Assembly (NCBI GenBank): GCA_963677925.2
Contig: CAXXYH010000003.1
Location: 1,472,001-1,536,000 of the forward strand
Length of the DNA: 64,000 bases
Reading direction: 5' to 3'
DNA from: Spirochaetia bacterium
GTDB lineage: Bacteria > Spirochaetota > Spirochaetia > UBA9216
The position numbers and the translations under genes are program-made. Under the pieces are notes generated by a model. That model was given only the letters and a program-made list of their open reading frames with translations. It was not told where the DNA came from and searched no databases. Of this stretch, positions 10,321 through 19,128 are shown piece by piece; the first letter of the stretch is position 1; each line of letters begins with the position of its first letter.

Positions 10321-11355
10321 CTACCTCTTTTTGATATACTTCTGAGTATCAACTGCTATAGCAAATATGATTATCATACCCTTTATAATAAACTGAATGT
10401 AGGGATTAATATCCATATATACCAGACAATAGCTTAACATCTGAAATATCAAAACGCCAATAACCACACCGCTTATTTTTCCAACTCCGCCTCTAAGAGA
10501 AACACCGCCTACAACACATGAGGCAATAGCATCAAGCTCATAGCCTTCTCCAAGCATGTTGGTGGCACTTCCTGTTCTTCCGGCATCAAGGAATCCAGCG
10601 AATGCATATGCGAGTCCTGCAATAACATAAACAAGCATGATTACACCTCTGGTATTTACTCCGGAGACAATAGCTGCTTCCTTATTACCGCCGACTGCAT
10701 ACATATTTCTTCCAAGGGTTGTCCTGTTCCAGAAAACCCAGAATATTATTGTAAGCAGCACAGCATAAATGACAATGTAAGGCAGGCGGAAACTTCCAAG
10801 CTGTATGGCCCCCTGTGCAATATTTGTAAATCTGGTATCATAGCCGCCGATCGGTGATGAATGATTGACATAGTCAAAATAGAGAGACATTGAACCGTAT
10901 ACAATCATAGACATTCCAAGAGATGCTATAAACGGAGCAATCTGCAGCTTTGATATAAGCAGTGAATGAATCACTGAAAAAATCAGACAGACAACTACCG
11001 CTATGAGCAGAGGGACTATTATAGGAAGCGCTGCCATTTCAGGAAAAATTCTCAATGCGTAATCAGGCTTCTGAAGAAGAGAAGCACATATTACTCCCGC
11101 AATACCAACCATCCTGCCTGCAGATAAATCGGTACCTCCCAATATAATTATACCTGCAACTCCGAGAGCAATTACAAGCTTGGGCGCAGCCTGCTGAAGT
11201 ATAAAAGTCGCATTTCTGACGCTCAGTATTGACGGTTCCAGAATTACTATAGTCAGAATAACCGCCACAAGAACGAGATATATTGCATTCTGCATAAACC
11301 AGTGGCGGGTAGCTGTTATGCTATCCTGATTAAGTCCTTTGATTTTCAATTCCAT
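10321..11355 (-). CDS. mglC: Sugar ABC transporter permease (MglC-like)
   Basis: GTDLSAGR, GGNKEAAIVSG, YELDAIASCVVGGVS motifs. Confidence 0.85.
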   Translation of the reverse strand: MELKIKGLNQDSITATRHWFMQNAIYLVLVAVILTIVILEPSILSVRNATFILQQAAPKLVIALGVAGIIILGGTDLSAGRMVGIAGVICASLLQKPDYALRIFPEMAALPIIVPLLIAVVVCLIFSVIHSLLISKLQIAPFIASLGMSMIVYGSMSLYFDYVNHSSPIGGYDTRFTNIAQGAIQLGSFRLPYIVIYAVLLTIIFWVFWNRTTLGRNMYAVGGNKEAAIVSGVNTRGVIMLVYVIAGLAYAFAGFLDAGRTGSATNMLGEGYELDAIASCVVGGVSLRGGVGKISGVVIGVLIFQMLSYCLVYMDINPYIQFIIKGMIIIFAIAVDTQKYIKKR

Positions 11356-11380
11356 ATTTAAACCTCTTAGTTCTCAAATC

Positions 11381-11782
11381 TTAACTGTTAACAAGCCCGG
11401 TCTCTACACAGAGATAAACCAGAGGTATATTTCCGGTATTGCGGATTCCATGAGAGCCGCCGCTGCGGATCAGAGCTATTGACCAGGGTTTAACAGGCAT
11501 TACTTTTCCACAGAGAGTTACCTCGCCCTCACCTTCAATTATCAGATAGAACTGTTCATTTCCCTCATGCGGATGTTCGCCGACCGAGCCCCCGACGGGA
11601 AGTGTTGTTCTGTGTACATAATGAAAATTTTCAGTACTCTCAGGGTTTCTCGGGCCGACAACAGGCATTTTTGCTTCATCACCGAAAAGTGTAACGTTTG
11701 CAATTGTACCGGCACCGTTTTCACAGTTTGCGACATCATATGCCGGGGCATCTTCAATATTTCTGTAAACAAATTTTTCCAT
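11381..11782 (-). CDS. Cupin-domain protein
   Basis: Cupin motif 1 (GEHPHEGNEQFY) and motif 2 (GGSHGIRN); AGGAGA RBS. Confidence 0.88.
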   Translation of the reverse strand: MEKFVYRNIEDAPAYDVANCENGAGTIANVTLFGDEAKMPVVGPRNPESTENFHYVHRTTLPVGGSVGEHPHEGNEQFYLIIEGEGEVTLCGKVMPVKPWSIALIRSGGSHGIRNTGNIPLVYLCVETGLVNS

Positions 11783-11818
11783 AATTACTATCTCCTAAAT
11801 TTTCAGTCCAAATACCTA

Positions 11819-13318
11819 TCACAGGTACTTTGCCGCCAGGGTCATTATTTTTTCCTGTGTACATTCTTTTGCATCAACTATTCCGGCGTTTTTGCCATTG
11901 CTCATAACCAGTATCCTGTCTGCAACACCAAGAAGCTCCGGCATTTCAGATGAAACAAATATAACAGCCTTGCCCTGCTTAGCCAGCTCTATCATGAGCT
12001 GATAGATTTCATATTTTGCACCTACATCAATTCCTCTGGTAGGTTCATCGAGCAGCAGGATACGGGGCTCTGTCAAAAGACATCGGCCAAGCAGAACTTT
12101 CTGCTGATTTCCGCCGGAAAGAGTGCTTATGAGAGTTTTGAGTGTTGCGGTTTTTATACGCATTGCCTTAACAGACCATTGTGTATTTTCCTCAACTTTA
12201 TTCATCGATATCAGACCGAATTTACCGCAGTTTTTTTCAATACTTGAAGAAACCGTATTCCATCTGATATCCATTTGAGGAAAAATCCCGGTTACCCTTC
12301 GTTCCTCGGTAACCATGGAAAGACCTGCACCCTTAGCATGTTTTCTCGATTTTAAAATATCTTTTCCATCAACATATACAGCACCGCTATCTACAGTTCT
12401 CAAACCGAAAATTGATTCAAGAAGTTCGGTACGTCCGGCACCTACAAGACCTCCGATTCCAAGAATTTCACCTGCACGAACTTCAAATGAAACATCCTTA
12501 ATCTTAGGTTCATAAACAGATGAAAGCCCCTCAATCCGAATAAGCGGATCGCCAATTTCCTTTTCCTTTGGAGGAAACCGGTTGCTAAGCTCACGGTTTA
12601 CCATAAGCTTGATGAGTTTGTTGGAATCAATATCACAAATATTCTCGGTTGCAACCCACTGCCCATCTCTGAGTACTGTAACCCTGTCGGATATGGCAAG
12701 AACTTCATCATTCTTATGGGAAATATAAATTATTCCGCAGCCGTCGTTTTTCAGTTTTCTGATTATATCAAACAGAGCCTCAGTTTCTTTTTCTGTAAGA
12801 GAAGATGTCGGCTCATCCAGAACAATGACTTTGGCATTATAAGAAACCGCTTTTACAATATCAGCCATCTGTTTCATTGAAACCGACAAATGGTTAATCT
12901 GAGTCCGCGGATCTATTTTCATATTAAATGAATTGATGATCTGCTTTGTATCTTCATACATTTTTTTATCATCAACAAATATCCCCTTCCGCGGATACCG
13001 GCCTAGCCAGATATTATCCATAACATTCCGCTGGGGTACCTGTTCAAGTTCCTGGTGAACCATAGCTATTCCGGAACGTAAGGCCTGGCTTGGATTATCA
13101 ATTACAGCCGGTTCACCGTTTAAAAAGATCTGCCCCTTATCCATTTTATTGATGCCGAAAAGGCACTTCATAAGGGTTGATTTACCTGCGCCGTTCTCAC
13201 CCATCAGGGCATGAACTTCCCCTGGCCTTACATTAATCTTTACATCCTTAAGAGCCTGTACACCGGGAAAACTCTTGGAGACATTATTCATTTCAAGCAG
13301 GTATTCTTCGGTCTGCAA
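11819..13318 (-). CDS. mglA: Sugar ABC transporter ATP-binding protein (MglA-like, two NBDs)
   Basis: GENGAGKS, LSGGNQQK, DEPTRGIDVGAK motifs; TTG start after AGGAG. Confidence 0.9.
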   Translation of the reverse strand: MQTEEYLLEMNNVSKSFPGVQALKDVKINVRPGEVHALMGENGAGKSTLMKCLFGINKMDKGQIFLNGEPAVIDNPSQALRSGIAMVHQELEQVPQRNVMDNIWLGRYPRKGIFVDDKKMYEDTKQIINSFNMKIDPRTQINHLSVSMKQMADIVKAVSYNAKVIVLDEPTSSLTEKETEALFDIIRKLKNDGCGIIYISHKNDEVLAISDRVTVLRDGQWVATENICDIDSNKLIKLMVNRELSNRFPPKEKEIGDPLIRIEGLSSVYEPKIKDVSFEVRAGEILGIGGLVGAGRTELLESIFGLRTVDSGAVYVDGKDILKSRKHAKGAGLSMVTEERRVTGIFPQMDIRWNTVSSSIEKNCGKFGLISMNKVEENTQWSVKAMRIKTATLKTLISTLSGGNQQKVLLGRCLLTEPRILLLDEPTRGIDVGAKYEIYQLMIELAKQGKAVIFVSSEMPELLGVADRILVMSNGKNAGIVDAKECTQEKIMTLAAKYL

Positions 13319-13336
13319 AATGCACTCCTTTAAAAG

Positions 13337-13376
13337 TCGGTTTGCAAAATTCAGTCTCCCGAATTTTACAAACCGA
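13337..13376. repeat. Intercistronic inverted repeat (mRNA-stabilising or REP-like stem-loop)
   Basis: TCGGTTTGCAAAATTC-N8-GAATTTTACAAACCGA between the binding-protein and ATPase genes. Confidence 0.7.
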
Positions 13377-13405
13377 AAAAAATTGTTGTTAATTATAACT
13401 GATAA

Positions 13406-14452
13406 TTACTGAGCCAGCTTGTAGCCTTCAATGGCTTTATCAACATTTTCAATTGTTATCTTCTGTTCCGGAATCTTAACAATCTTGTCTACCATTTCCC
13501 ATTCAAGACCTTCATCTGCCGGTTTACCCTGAGCTACGTTCATTGAAATCTGAACAACTGCGCGGGCTGCATCATATGTACTTGTAAGAATTGAACCAAG
13601 CATAACACCGGATTTGATGAGCTCAGCAGTTTCAGGAAGTGCGTTAACACCGATAACAGGAACAGCTCTTTCTTCTGTGATAAGACCGTTGCCCCTGAGA
13701 GCTTCAACAGCACCAAGTGCCATAGCATCATTACTGCAGACAACCATTTCAATCTTGTCTCCGAATTTACCTATCCAGGAGTTCATAACTTCAACTGCTG
13801 TAGAAGTACTCCAGTTTCCAGGCTGAGTTGCAATCTGTTCTGCAGCGATTCCGGAATCATCGATGGCTGCGTAAAAACCGTTTGCACGATCGGTAGCATC
13901 ACTGTGTCCGGGTGAACCTGTCATAAGAACATACTGAAGAACACCGTCTCCGTTTGTGTCATATTTTGCAGAATCTTTATTCCATGCATCAGCTACCATT
14001 TCACCTTCAAGACGGCCCTGATAAAGAGAATCGAGACCAACATACCAGCACTTGTCATAACTGTTAAGAACTTCCATGGTAGGCATTCTGTTAAAGAATA
14101 CAATAGGAATACCTGCATTCCTTGCTTTCTCAACGATGGTATCACCGGCTGAAGAATCTACCGGGTTTACAGCGAGAACATCAACACCCCTGATGATCAT
14201 CGTATCAATTCGTTCTGTCTGTGTAGCCTGCTTGTTTTCACCATTTACCATCATGAAATCAAGCCCCGGGTACTTTTCAGCCATTTCATAATTAATACCG
14301 TTTCGGATATAACCGACAAAGGTATTAGCATAGTTGAAAATTGTAAAACCGATGAAAGGCCCGTCTGATGTTTCGGCCTCCTGGTCTCCTGATGCATGAA
14401 CAAAGCTCAGGCATGTTACTAGAACGAGCAGTACCATAATGAATCTTTTCAT
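13406..14452 (-). CDS. mglB: Periplasmic sugar-binding protein (MglB galactose/glucose-binding-like)
   Basis: Signal peptide MKRFIMVLL...HASG; Ca-loop DTNGDGVLQY; GHSDATDR; NDAMALGA. Start reassigned to 14452. Confidence 0.85.
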   Translation of the reverse strand: MKRFIMVLLVLVTCLSFVHASGDQEAETSDGPFIGFTIFNYANTFVGYIRNGINYEMAEKYPGLDFMMVNGENKQATQTERIDTMIIRGVDVLAVNPVDSSAGDTIVEKARNAGIPIVFFNRMPTMEVLNSYDKCWYVGLDSLYQGRLEGEMVADAWNKDSAKYDTNGDGVLQYVLMTGSPGHSDATDRANGFYAAIDDSGIAAEQIATQPGNWSTSTAVEVMNSWIGKFGDKIEMVVCSNDAMALGAVEALRGNGLITEERAVPVIGVNALPETAELIKSGVMLGSILTSTYDAARAVVQISMNVAQGKPADEGLEWEMVDKIVKIPEQKITIENVDKAIEGYKLAQ

Positions 14453-14479
14453 TATCTTCCCCCTAAATTTTTTTGAAAA

Positions 14480-14723
14480 ACCTGTCCCACAAGTCCAGTC
14501 CCAAGGCATAATATCTTAATTCATGCCCTCACTACTTGTAGTACAAGTTCTGCATAACAAACAGTTAAACACAGGTTTTTTCAGTCGTCAACATTTATTT
14601 TTAATGATTTTAGGTAGTTTTTTTTAAATATCTAATATTTTCTTATTTTTTCACTCTTTTACTTGTCCTACATCCTAGAAATTACATATATCAGGAACCT
14701 GTGGTACAACCTCTTGATATATG
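14480..14723. promoter_or_regulatory. Cluster of four FadR-type operators upstream of the Mgl-like operon
   Basis: ACCTGTCCCACAAGT 14480-14494, ACTTGTAGTACAAGT 14534-14548, ACTTGTCCTACATCC 14661-14675, ACCTGTGGTACAACC 14697-14711. Confidence 0.75.
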
Positions 14724-14751
14724 AACTGTATTTTTACATGTAAACACAGAA

Positions 14752-14778
14752 TTCAGGAGCAGCACAGCTGCTCCTGAA
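14752..14778 (-). terminator. Probable intrinsic terminator
   Basis: Perfect 12-bp stem TTCAGGAGCAGC-aca-GCTGCTCCTGAA just downstream of the 14796 stop; weak U-tail. Confidence 0.65.
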
Positions 14779-14795
14779 GATTCAAAATACTTGAA

Positions 14796-15908
14796 TCACT
14801 CCGGGTGACTGAGTCCCAGCGAAATATACATTTCATTAAAATAATCGATACTCACTTTTATCGAACCCCAGCCGTCACGGTTATAGGAACCGGGTGAATT
14901 ATCTTCTACAAGCAGCCACTCCAGACCATGAAATGCCATTGCCCTGAGAACCTCGTTCCATTCAATATCGCCCTGCCCGCATGCGGTTGTATAATAGCCT
15001 TCACAGTCAACATCCTTTGCATGAATAAGCCTGTATTGATCTCCATGTGCCCATAGATATTTTATAAGTCCTTCCTCACCAAGAATCTCGAAGGGATAGA
15101 TGGCTTCTAAACCTACATTTGGATGGACTGCATGCGATGTATCAAAATGCCAGAGAATTTCATCACCGAACTCATCATAAAGAATATCAAGCATATAGCG
15201 GCCGCCGTAAGAATCAACCGGGATCCATTCAAGTGAATGTGCATGAAAACCAACCTGAAGATCATATCCGTTCTTCCTGATCTGATCCTGCATATATCTG
15301 AACTTTTCAGCTACATCTACTACCCATGCAGACATCATTGACTGAGTCATCTGATCAAACCAGTTATATCCGGGAGCCAGACTTATATCAAGAGAAATAC
15401 CGTCTGCTCCAACCGCATCCAGATATTTGAATATTTCTGCAAGTTCTTTATCACTGTAATCCCAGGCTGTAACCCAGTGAGGTGAGATAATAGTAAGTCC
15501 AAGCTCTTCATTCAGAGCCTTCAATTCAGCAGCATCCATGTACCACCAGTTAGTATTGGCATGGTTCGGCTGATATCCCTTATACCCCATAGCAGCAATT
15601 CTTCGAAGCGTTTCAGTCAAAGCCTCCGTAACCGCTGCTTTTTCATCCATTCCCGAAGCCATATGAGCTTCCCGGATTGCATTGTACTCATTGCGAAGTG
15701 TATACAGCGTTACACCAATCTTTGGACCGTAAACTACTTCCTTCTCCTCAGCTTCCGAAGTTCCGGCGGCCGCGGCATTCGTACCGGATGTACCCGAATT
15801 ACTTGCCGACTGCTTAGTTTCTGTCTTCGTTTCCTCAGCTGTCCCTGAGGCGCAAACGAAGCTCAAGCTTGTAATCAGTACAAGCATGATCATTGTGAAC
15901 CTTTTCAT
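14796..15908 (-). CDS. Exported xylose-isomerase-like TIM-barrel sugar epimerase/isomerase
   Basis: Signal peptide plus Ala/Ser/Thr/Glu-rich linker; metal-site motifs GFHAH, HFDTSH, IHAKD, LLVED. Start at ATG 15908 after GGAGG. Confidence 0.8.
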   Translation of the reverse strand: MKRFTMIMLVLITSLSFVCASGTAEETKTETKQSASNSGTSGTNAAAAGTSEAEEKEVVYGPKIGVTLYTLRNEYNAIREAHMASGMDEKAAVTEALTETLRRIAAMGYKGYQPNHANTNWWYMDAAELKALNEELGLTIISPHWVTAWDYSDKELAEIFKYLDAVGADGISLDISLAPGYNWFDQMTQSMMSAWVVDVAEKFRYMQDQIRKNGYDLQVGFHAHSLEWIPVDSYGGRYMLDILYDEFGDEILWHFDTSHAVHPNVGLEAIYPFEILGEEGLIKYLWAHGDQYRLIHAKDVDCEGYYTTACGQGDIEWNEVLRAMAFHGLEWLLVEDNSPGSYNRDGWGSIKVSIDYFNEMYISLGLSHPE

Positions 15909-15936
15909 TAGTTCCTCCATAACTTTTTACACAAAC

Positions 15937-15951
15937 ACTTGTTCTACATGT
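15937..15951. promoter_or_regulatory. FadR-type operator
   Basis: ACTTGTTCTACATGT, between the promoter and start of the 15908 gene. Confidence 0.6.
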
Positions 15952-16016
15952 TGATTAAAAAAATAAGGTTTTTAATACACTTTTAACAACATGAAGTCAT
16001 GTTGTGGTTGAAAAGC

Positions 16017-16046
16017 AGTATAAACACGGTAATTTTTACTTGTCAA
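16017..16046 (-). promoter_or_regulatory. Sigma-70-type promoter
   Basis: TTGACA-18 nt-TATACT on the minus strand. Confidence 0.6.
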
Positions 16047-16080
16047 ATTAATTTTTACCATTTTTTTAGCAATATTTTTC

Positions 16081-16131
16081 TTGACCGCAGTCTTTTTATG
16101 CTTTATCCTCAAATTCACTTGTACTACAAGT
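16081..16131 (+). promoter_or_regulatory. Sigma-70-type promoter followed by FadR-type operator
   Basis: TTGACC-17 nt-TATCCT (16081-16109), then ACTTGTACTACAAGT (16117-16131). Confidence 0.7.
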
Positions 16132-16184
16132 AACTTCTTAGATTGTGGTATAAAATTTTATTTCCCCTTATCGGCAGGTAAACA

Positions 16185-17018
16185 ATGAATATCAGATACG
16201 CATCACCAACCTTTTTATTCAGGGATAAATGTCCAAAGCAGCTGGATAAAATAATGAAAATGCTCGGCTCCATCGGCTTTGACGGACTTGAACTATTCGG
16301 GATGTTCGGGTTTGAAAGCAGTGCTATAATGGATTTCTGCAAAGAAAGCAAACTGAAAATCGTCTGTGATCATATCCCGTATGATGAATTTTCTTCTGAT
16401 ACAGAAAAGTCAATAAAAGCAAGAACAGCTCTCGGGGCAAAATATCTGACAATTGACAGACTACCCCCTGATTGTCTCCCGGGAAGCCCCGGATTCGGCT
16501 CAGCGCTTAAGGAAATTGAACGAATCTCAGGCGTTTGCAAGGATCACGGAGTGCAGCTTCTGTATCACAATCACGGTTATGATCTTATAAACAAAATTGA
16601 CGGAATCCCGGCGCTGGATCTTATTTTAGACAATACAGATCCGGAATTGCTTAAATTCCAGCCGGATCTTGGATGGCTGGCCCTTGGCGGAGGAGATCCA
16701 TATGCCTATCTTGAAAAGTACAAAACAAGATGTCCGATAATTCACATGAAAGATTACTATGCAGCAGCTCCGACCCTCCTTGAATCACCATTTCCCCTGG
16801 GCAACAGCAGGGGCGGTGAAGAGTATAACTTCTTCGAGTTCAGACCCTCAGGATACGGCATAATGAACTTTCCAAAGCTAATGCCGCTGATTCTAGCCTG
16901 TGAACCTGAATGGATAACTACAGATCATGATCTTTCCTACGAACGGAATACATACGATGACATGAAGATGGGGCTGGACTACACTAAATATCTTGTTTCA
17001 ATCAGTAATATAAATTAA
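16185..17018 (+). CDS. Sugar phosphate isomerase/epimerase (IolE/XylA-like TIM barrel)
   Basis: GFDGLE, YHNH, QPDLGW, IHMKD, GYGIMNF motifs. Confidence 0.88.
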   Translation: MNIRYASPTFLFRDKCPKQLDKIMKMLGSIGFDGLELFGMFGFESSAIMDFCKESKLKIVCDHIPYDEFSSDTEKSIKARTALGAKYLTIDRLPPDCLPGSPGFGSALKEIERISGVCKDHGVQLLYHNHGYDLINKIDGIPALDLILDNTDPELLKFQPDLGWLALGGGDPYAYLEKYKTRCPIIHMKDYYAAAPTLLESPFPLGNSRGGEEYNFFEFRPSGYGIMNFPKLMPLILACEPEWITTDHDLSYERNTYDDMKMGLDYTKYLVSISNIN

Positions 17019-17023
17019 ATAAA

Positions 17024-17058
17024 AACAGGGCCTGACTGCTGACAGTTCAGGCCCTGTT
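17024..17058. terminator. Probable bidirectional terminator between convergent genes
   Basis: AACAGGGCCTGA-N11-TCAGGCCCTGTT, preceded by an A-run. Confidence 0.75.
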
Positions 17059-17094
17059 CTCCATGTCCTTGATATCTCTCAACCAATAAACCGC

Positions 17095-17931
17095 TCATTC
17101 CCAATTGAAAGTCAATGAAACTCCGGTCTCCCTGATATTGGCAATTTTAGCTATCTCAAGCTTACTGTCGAAATCAGTATCATGGCAGGCATAAAAATTT
17201 CCAATCTTGGCATTTTTAACATATTCAAGAGTAGATTCAAGCAGATATTCAGAAGGACTCTGCAGATGCAGTCCTCCTACTACGGAATTAATATTGTCGA
17301 TACCTGTAATTTTTTTAGCATAACTCATAATGTTGCAGATACCGTTATGTGAACATCCTGTGATAATACTTATTTCATTGTTCTTATGCTTGTATACAAG
17401 CTGTGAATCTTCATCAATAAAATCGTCTATATACTCTTCATTTTTTAATTTTTTATTTTGAGGAATCTGACATTCAAAATCATTGAGCCTTTCCACCTGT
17501 CCCATAAAAATAAGGCGTTCAGTCAGATTCATCGGTTCAGAGACAAAGCGGACATCAAAAAACTTATTAAGAGTTTCTGCATCAACATCAAAACCGGTAG
17601 CTTTATCTACCTCAAAATTGTATTTATACAAAAGCAGATCTTCACTTGCAGAGAGGAAAACCGGTTTCCTTTTCAAACCCTTCGATTTATAATATTCAAT
17701 CAGGTGCTTAACACCGCCTGCATGATCATAATGTCCATGAGAAACAATAACATAGTCAAGTTCCGTTAAATCGATCCCCATCTGTTCAGCATTCTTTATA
17801 AACGCATCTGAATAGCCTGTATCATAAAGGATCTTCTTCCCTTCATCTTCAATATATGCACTGAATCCATGTTCCGCATGAAAAAAAGTGTCATACAAAC
17901 TGTTGTTTTCCACTAATAAAACGAGTTTCAT
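17095..17931 (-). CDS. MBL-fold metallo-hydrolase (COG1237-type)
   Basis: EHGFS, YDTG, SHGHYDHAGG, TGCSHNG, GGLHL, ACH motifs. Confidence 0.88.
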   Translation of the reverse strand: MKLVLLVENNSLYDTFFHAEHGFSAYIEDEGKKILYDTGYSDAFIKNAEQMGIDLTELDYVIVSHGHYDHAGGVKHLIEYYKSKGLKRKPVFLSASEDLLLYKYNFEVDKATGFDVDAETLNKFFDVRFVSEPMNLTERLIFMGQVERLNDFECQIPQNKKLKNEEYIDDFIDEDSQLVYKHKNNEISIITGCSHNGICNIMSYAKKITGIDNINSVVGGLHLQSPSEYLLESTLEYVKNAKIGNFYACHDTDFDSKLEIAKIANIRETGVSLTFNWE

Positions 17932-17990
17932 AATTCATCCCCAAAATTGATAATAGAATAATATGTCACGCAAGGGCATATCAATTTTTT

Positions 17991-18026
17991 ACGGGGCAGA
18001 CAATTTAAACAATCAGTCCGCCCCGT
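17991..18026. terminator. Stem-loop downstream of binding-protein gene
   Basis: ACGGGGCAGAC...GTCCGCCCCGT. The U-tail lies on the + strand, so on the sense (-) strand it is more likely a stabiliser than a terminator. Confidence 0.55.
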
Positions 18027-18044
18027 TTTTATTTTTTTATTTTT

Positions 18045-19067
18045 TTATTTTTTAAACCTGTCTCTGGATAGATATTCGTCAACATTGCTGCTGTCTACGA
18101 TTGTCAGGGGAATAGCCATTTCTGTAGGAACTGAGTACCCTTTAAGCTTTGTCCAGCAGGCCTGAACAGCAAGATAAATCTGACTGTATTCAAGCTGATC
18201 ACCGGTTGCTACAACCTCTCCGCTTTTAATTGCCTGAAGAATATCTACATCAACATCAAAGCCGACCATCTTAATTCCGCTTCTGCCTGCTTCCTTGATC
18301 GCCTCATTTGCACCAAGAAGCATTTCCTTATCTGCTGATCCGATTCCGTCAATTTCAGGAAAACGCTGAAGAAGATTCTCCATTACAGCCATACCTTCCG
18401 CTCTGTTAAAATTTGCAGTCTGGGAGGCTATTACTTCAATACCGGGATATTCAGCAAGGGCATCGTTATATCCGGCGATCCTTTCAGTAGATGTGCTTGA
18501 ACCGGGAATACCTTCAAGAAGTACAACCTTTCCTTTTCCATTCATTGAATCGGCCAGCTTCACACCTAGTCTGTAACCGACATCATAATTCTCAACACCT
18601 GTCCAGGTAAGAACATCACCTCCGAAAGCCTTTGTATTCGGTGTTGCAACCAGAATACCGGCTTTGTTAGCCTTTTCAATTCCGGGAATAATTGCATTGG
18701 AATCAGACGGCGCAATAATAATGGCATCTACACCCTGAGCAATTGCATTCTCCATCAGGCGGATCTGCTCTTCAGTACTGAAGGGAGTCTCAGGACCCAG
18801 CGCATCCATCTTGATATTCATATCCGCAGCAGCTGTATTTGCGCCGTCTATCATCCTGAGCATAAACGGACTCTGCATAGTTTTAACGATGAACACCATG
18901 TGATATTGTTCTGCTGCAGTATCCGCAGCCTCATTAACTGCAGAGGGCTCCTCGCCTGCTGAACAACCGGTCATAAATACAGCCAGCATCAGCATAAGTA
19001 TAGCGGTCAGCACCAGTGTACCCGCAGTTCCGGCTCTCCTGTTTTTTCGATCTTTTCCTAGCCTCAT
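18045..19067 (-). CDS. Sugar ABC substrate-binding lipoprotein (RbsB-like)
   Basis: Lipobox MTGC; periplasmic binding fold motifs (GIPGSSTSTER, ANFNR, VGFD). Confidence 0.9.
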   Translation of the reverse strand: MRLGKDRKNRRAGTAGTLVLTAILMLMLAVFMTGCSAGEEPSAVNEAADTAAEQYHMVFIVKTMQSPFMLRMIDGANTAAADMNIKMDALGPETPFSTEEQIRLMENAIAQGVDAIIIAPSDSNAIIPGIEKANKAGILVATPNTKAFGGDVLTWTGVENYDVGYRLGVKLADSMNGKGKVVLLEGIPGSSTSTERIAGYNDALAEYPGIEVIASQTANFNRAEGMAVMENLLQRFPEIDGIGSADKEMLLGANEAIKEAGRSGIKMVGFDVDVDILQAIKSGEVVATGDQLEYSQIYLAVQACWTKLKGYSVPTEMAIPLTIVDSSNVDEYLSRDRFKK

Positions 19068-19128
19068 AAATTTTCCTCCTAAATATAGTTCTCAGACAAA
19101 ATATGTCTGCTGAAAACTGTTGTAATAA

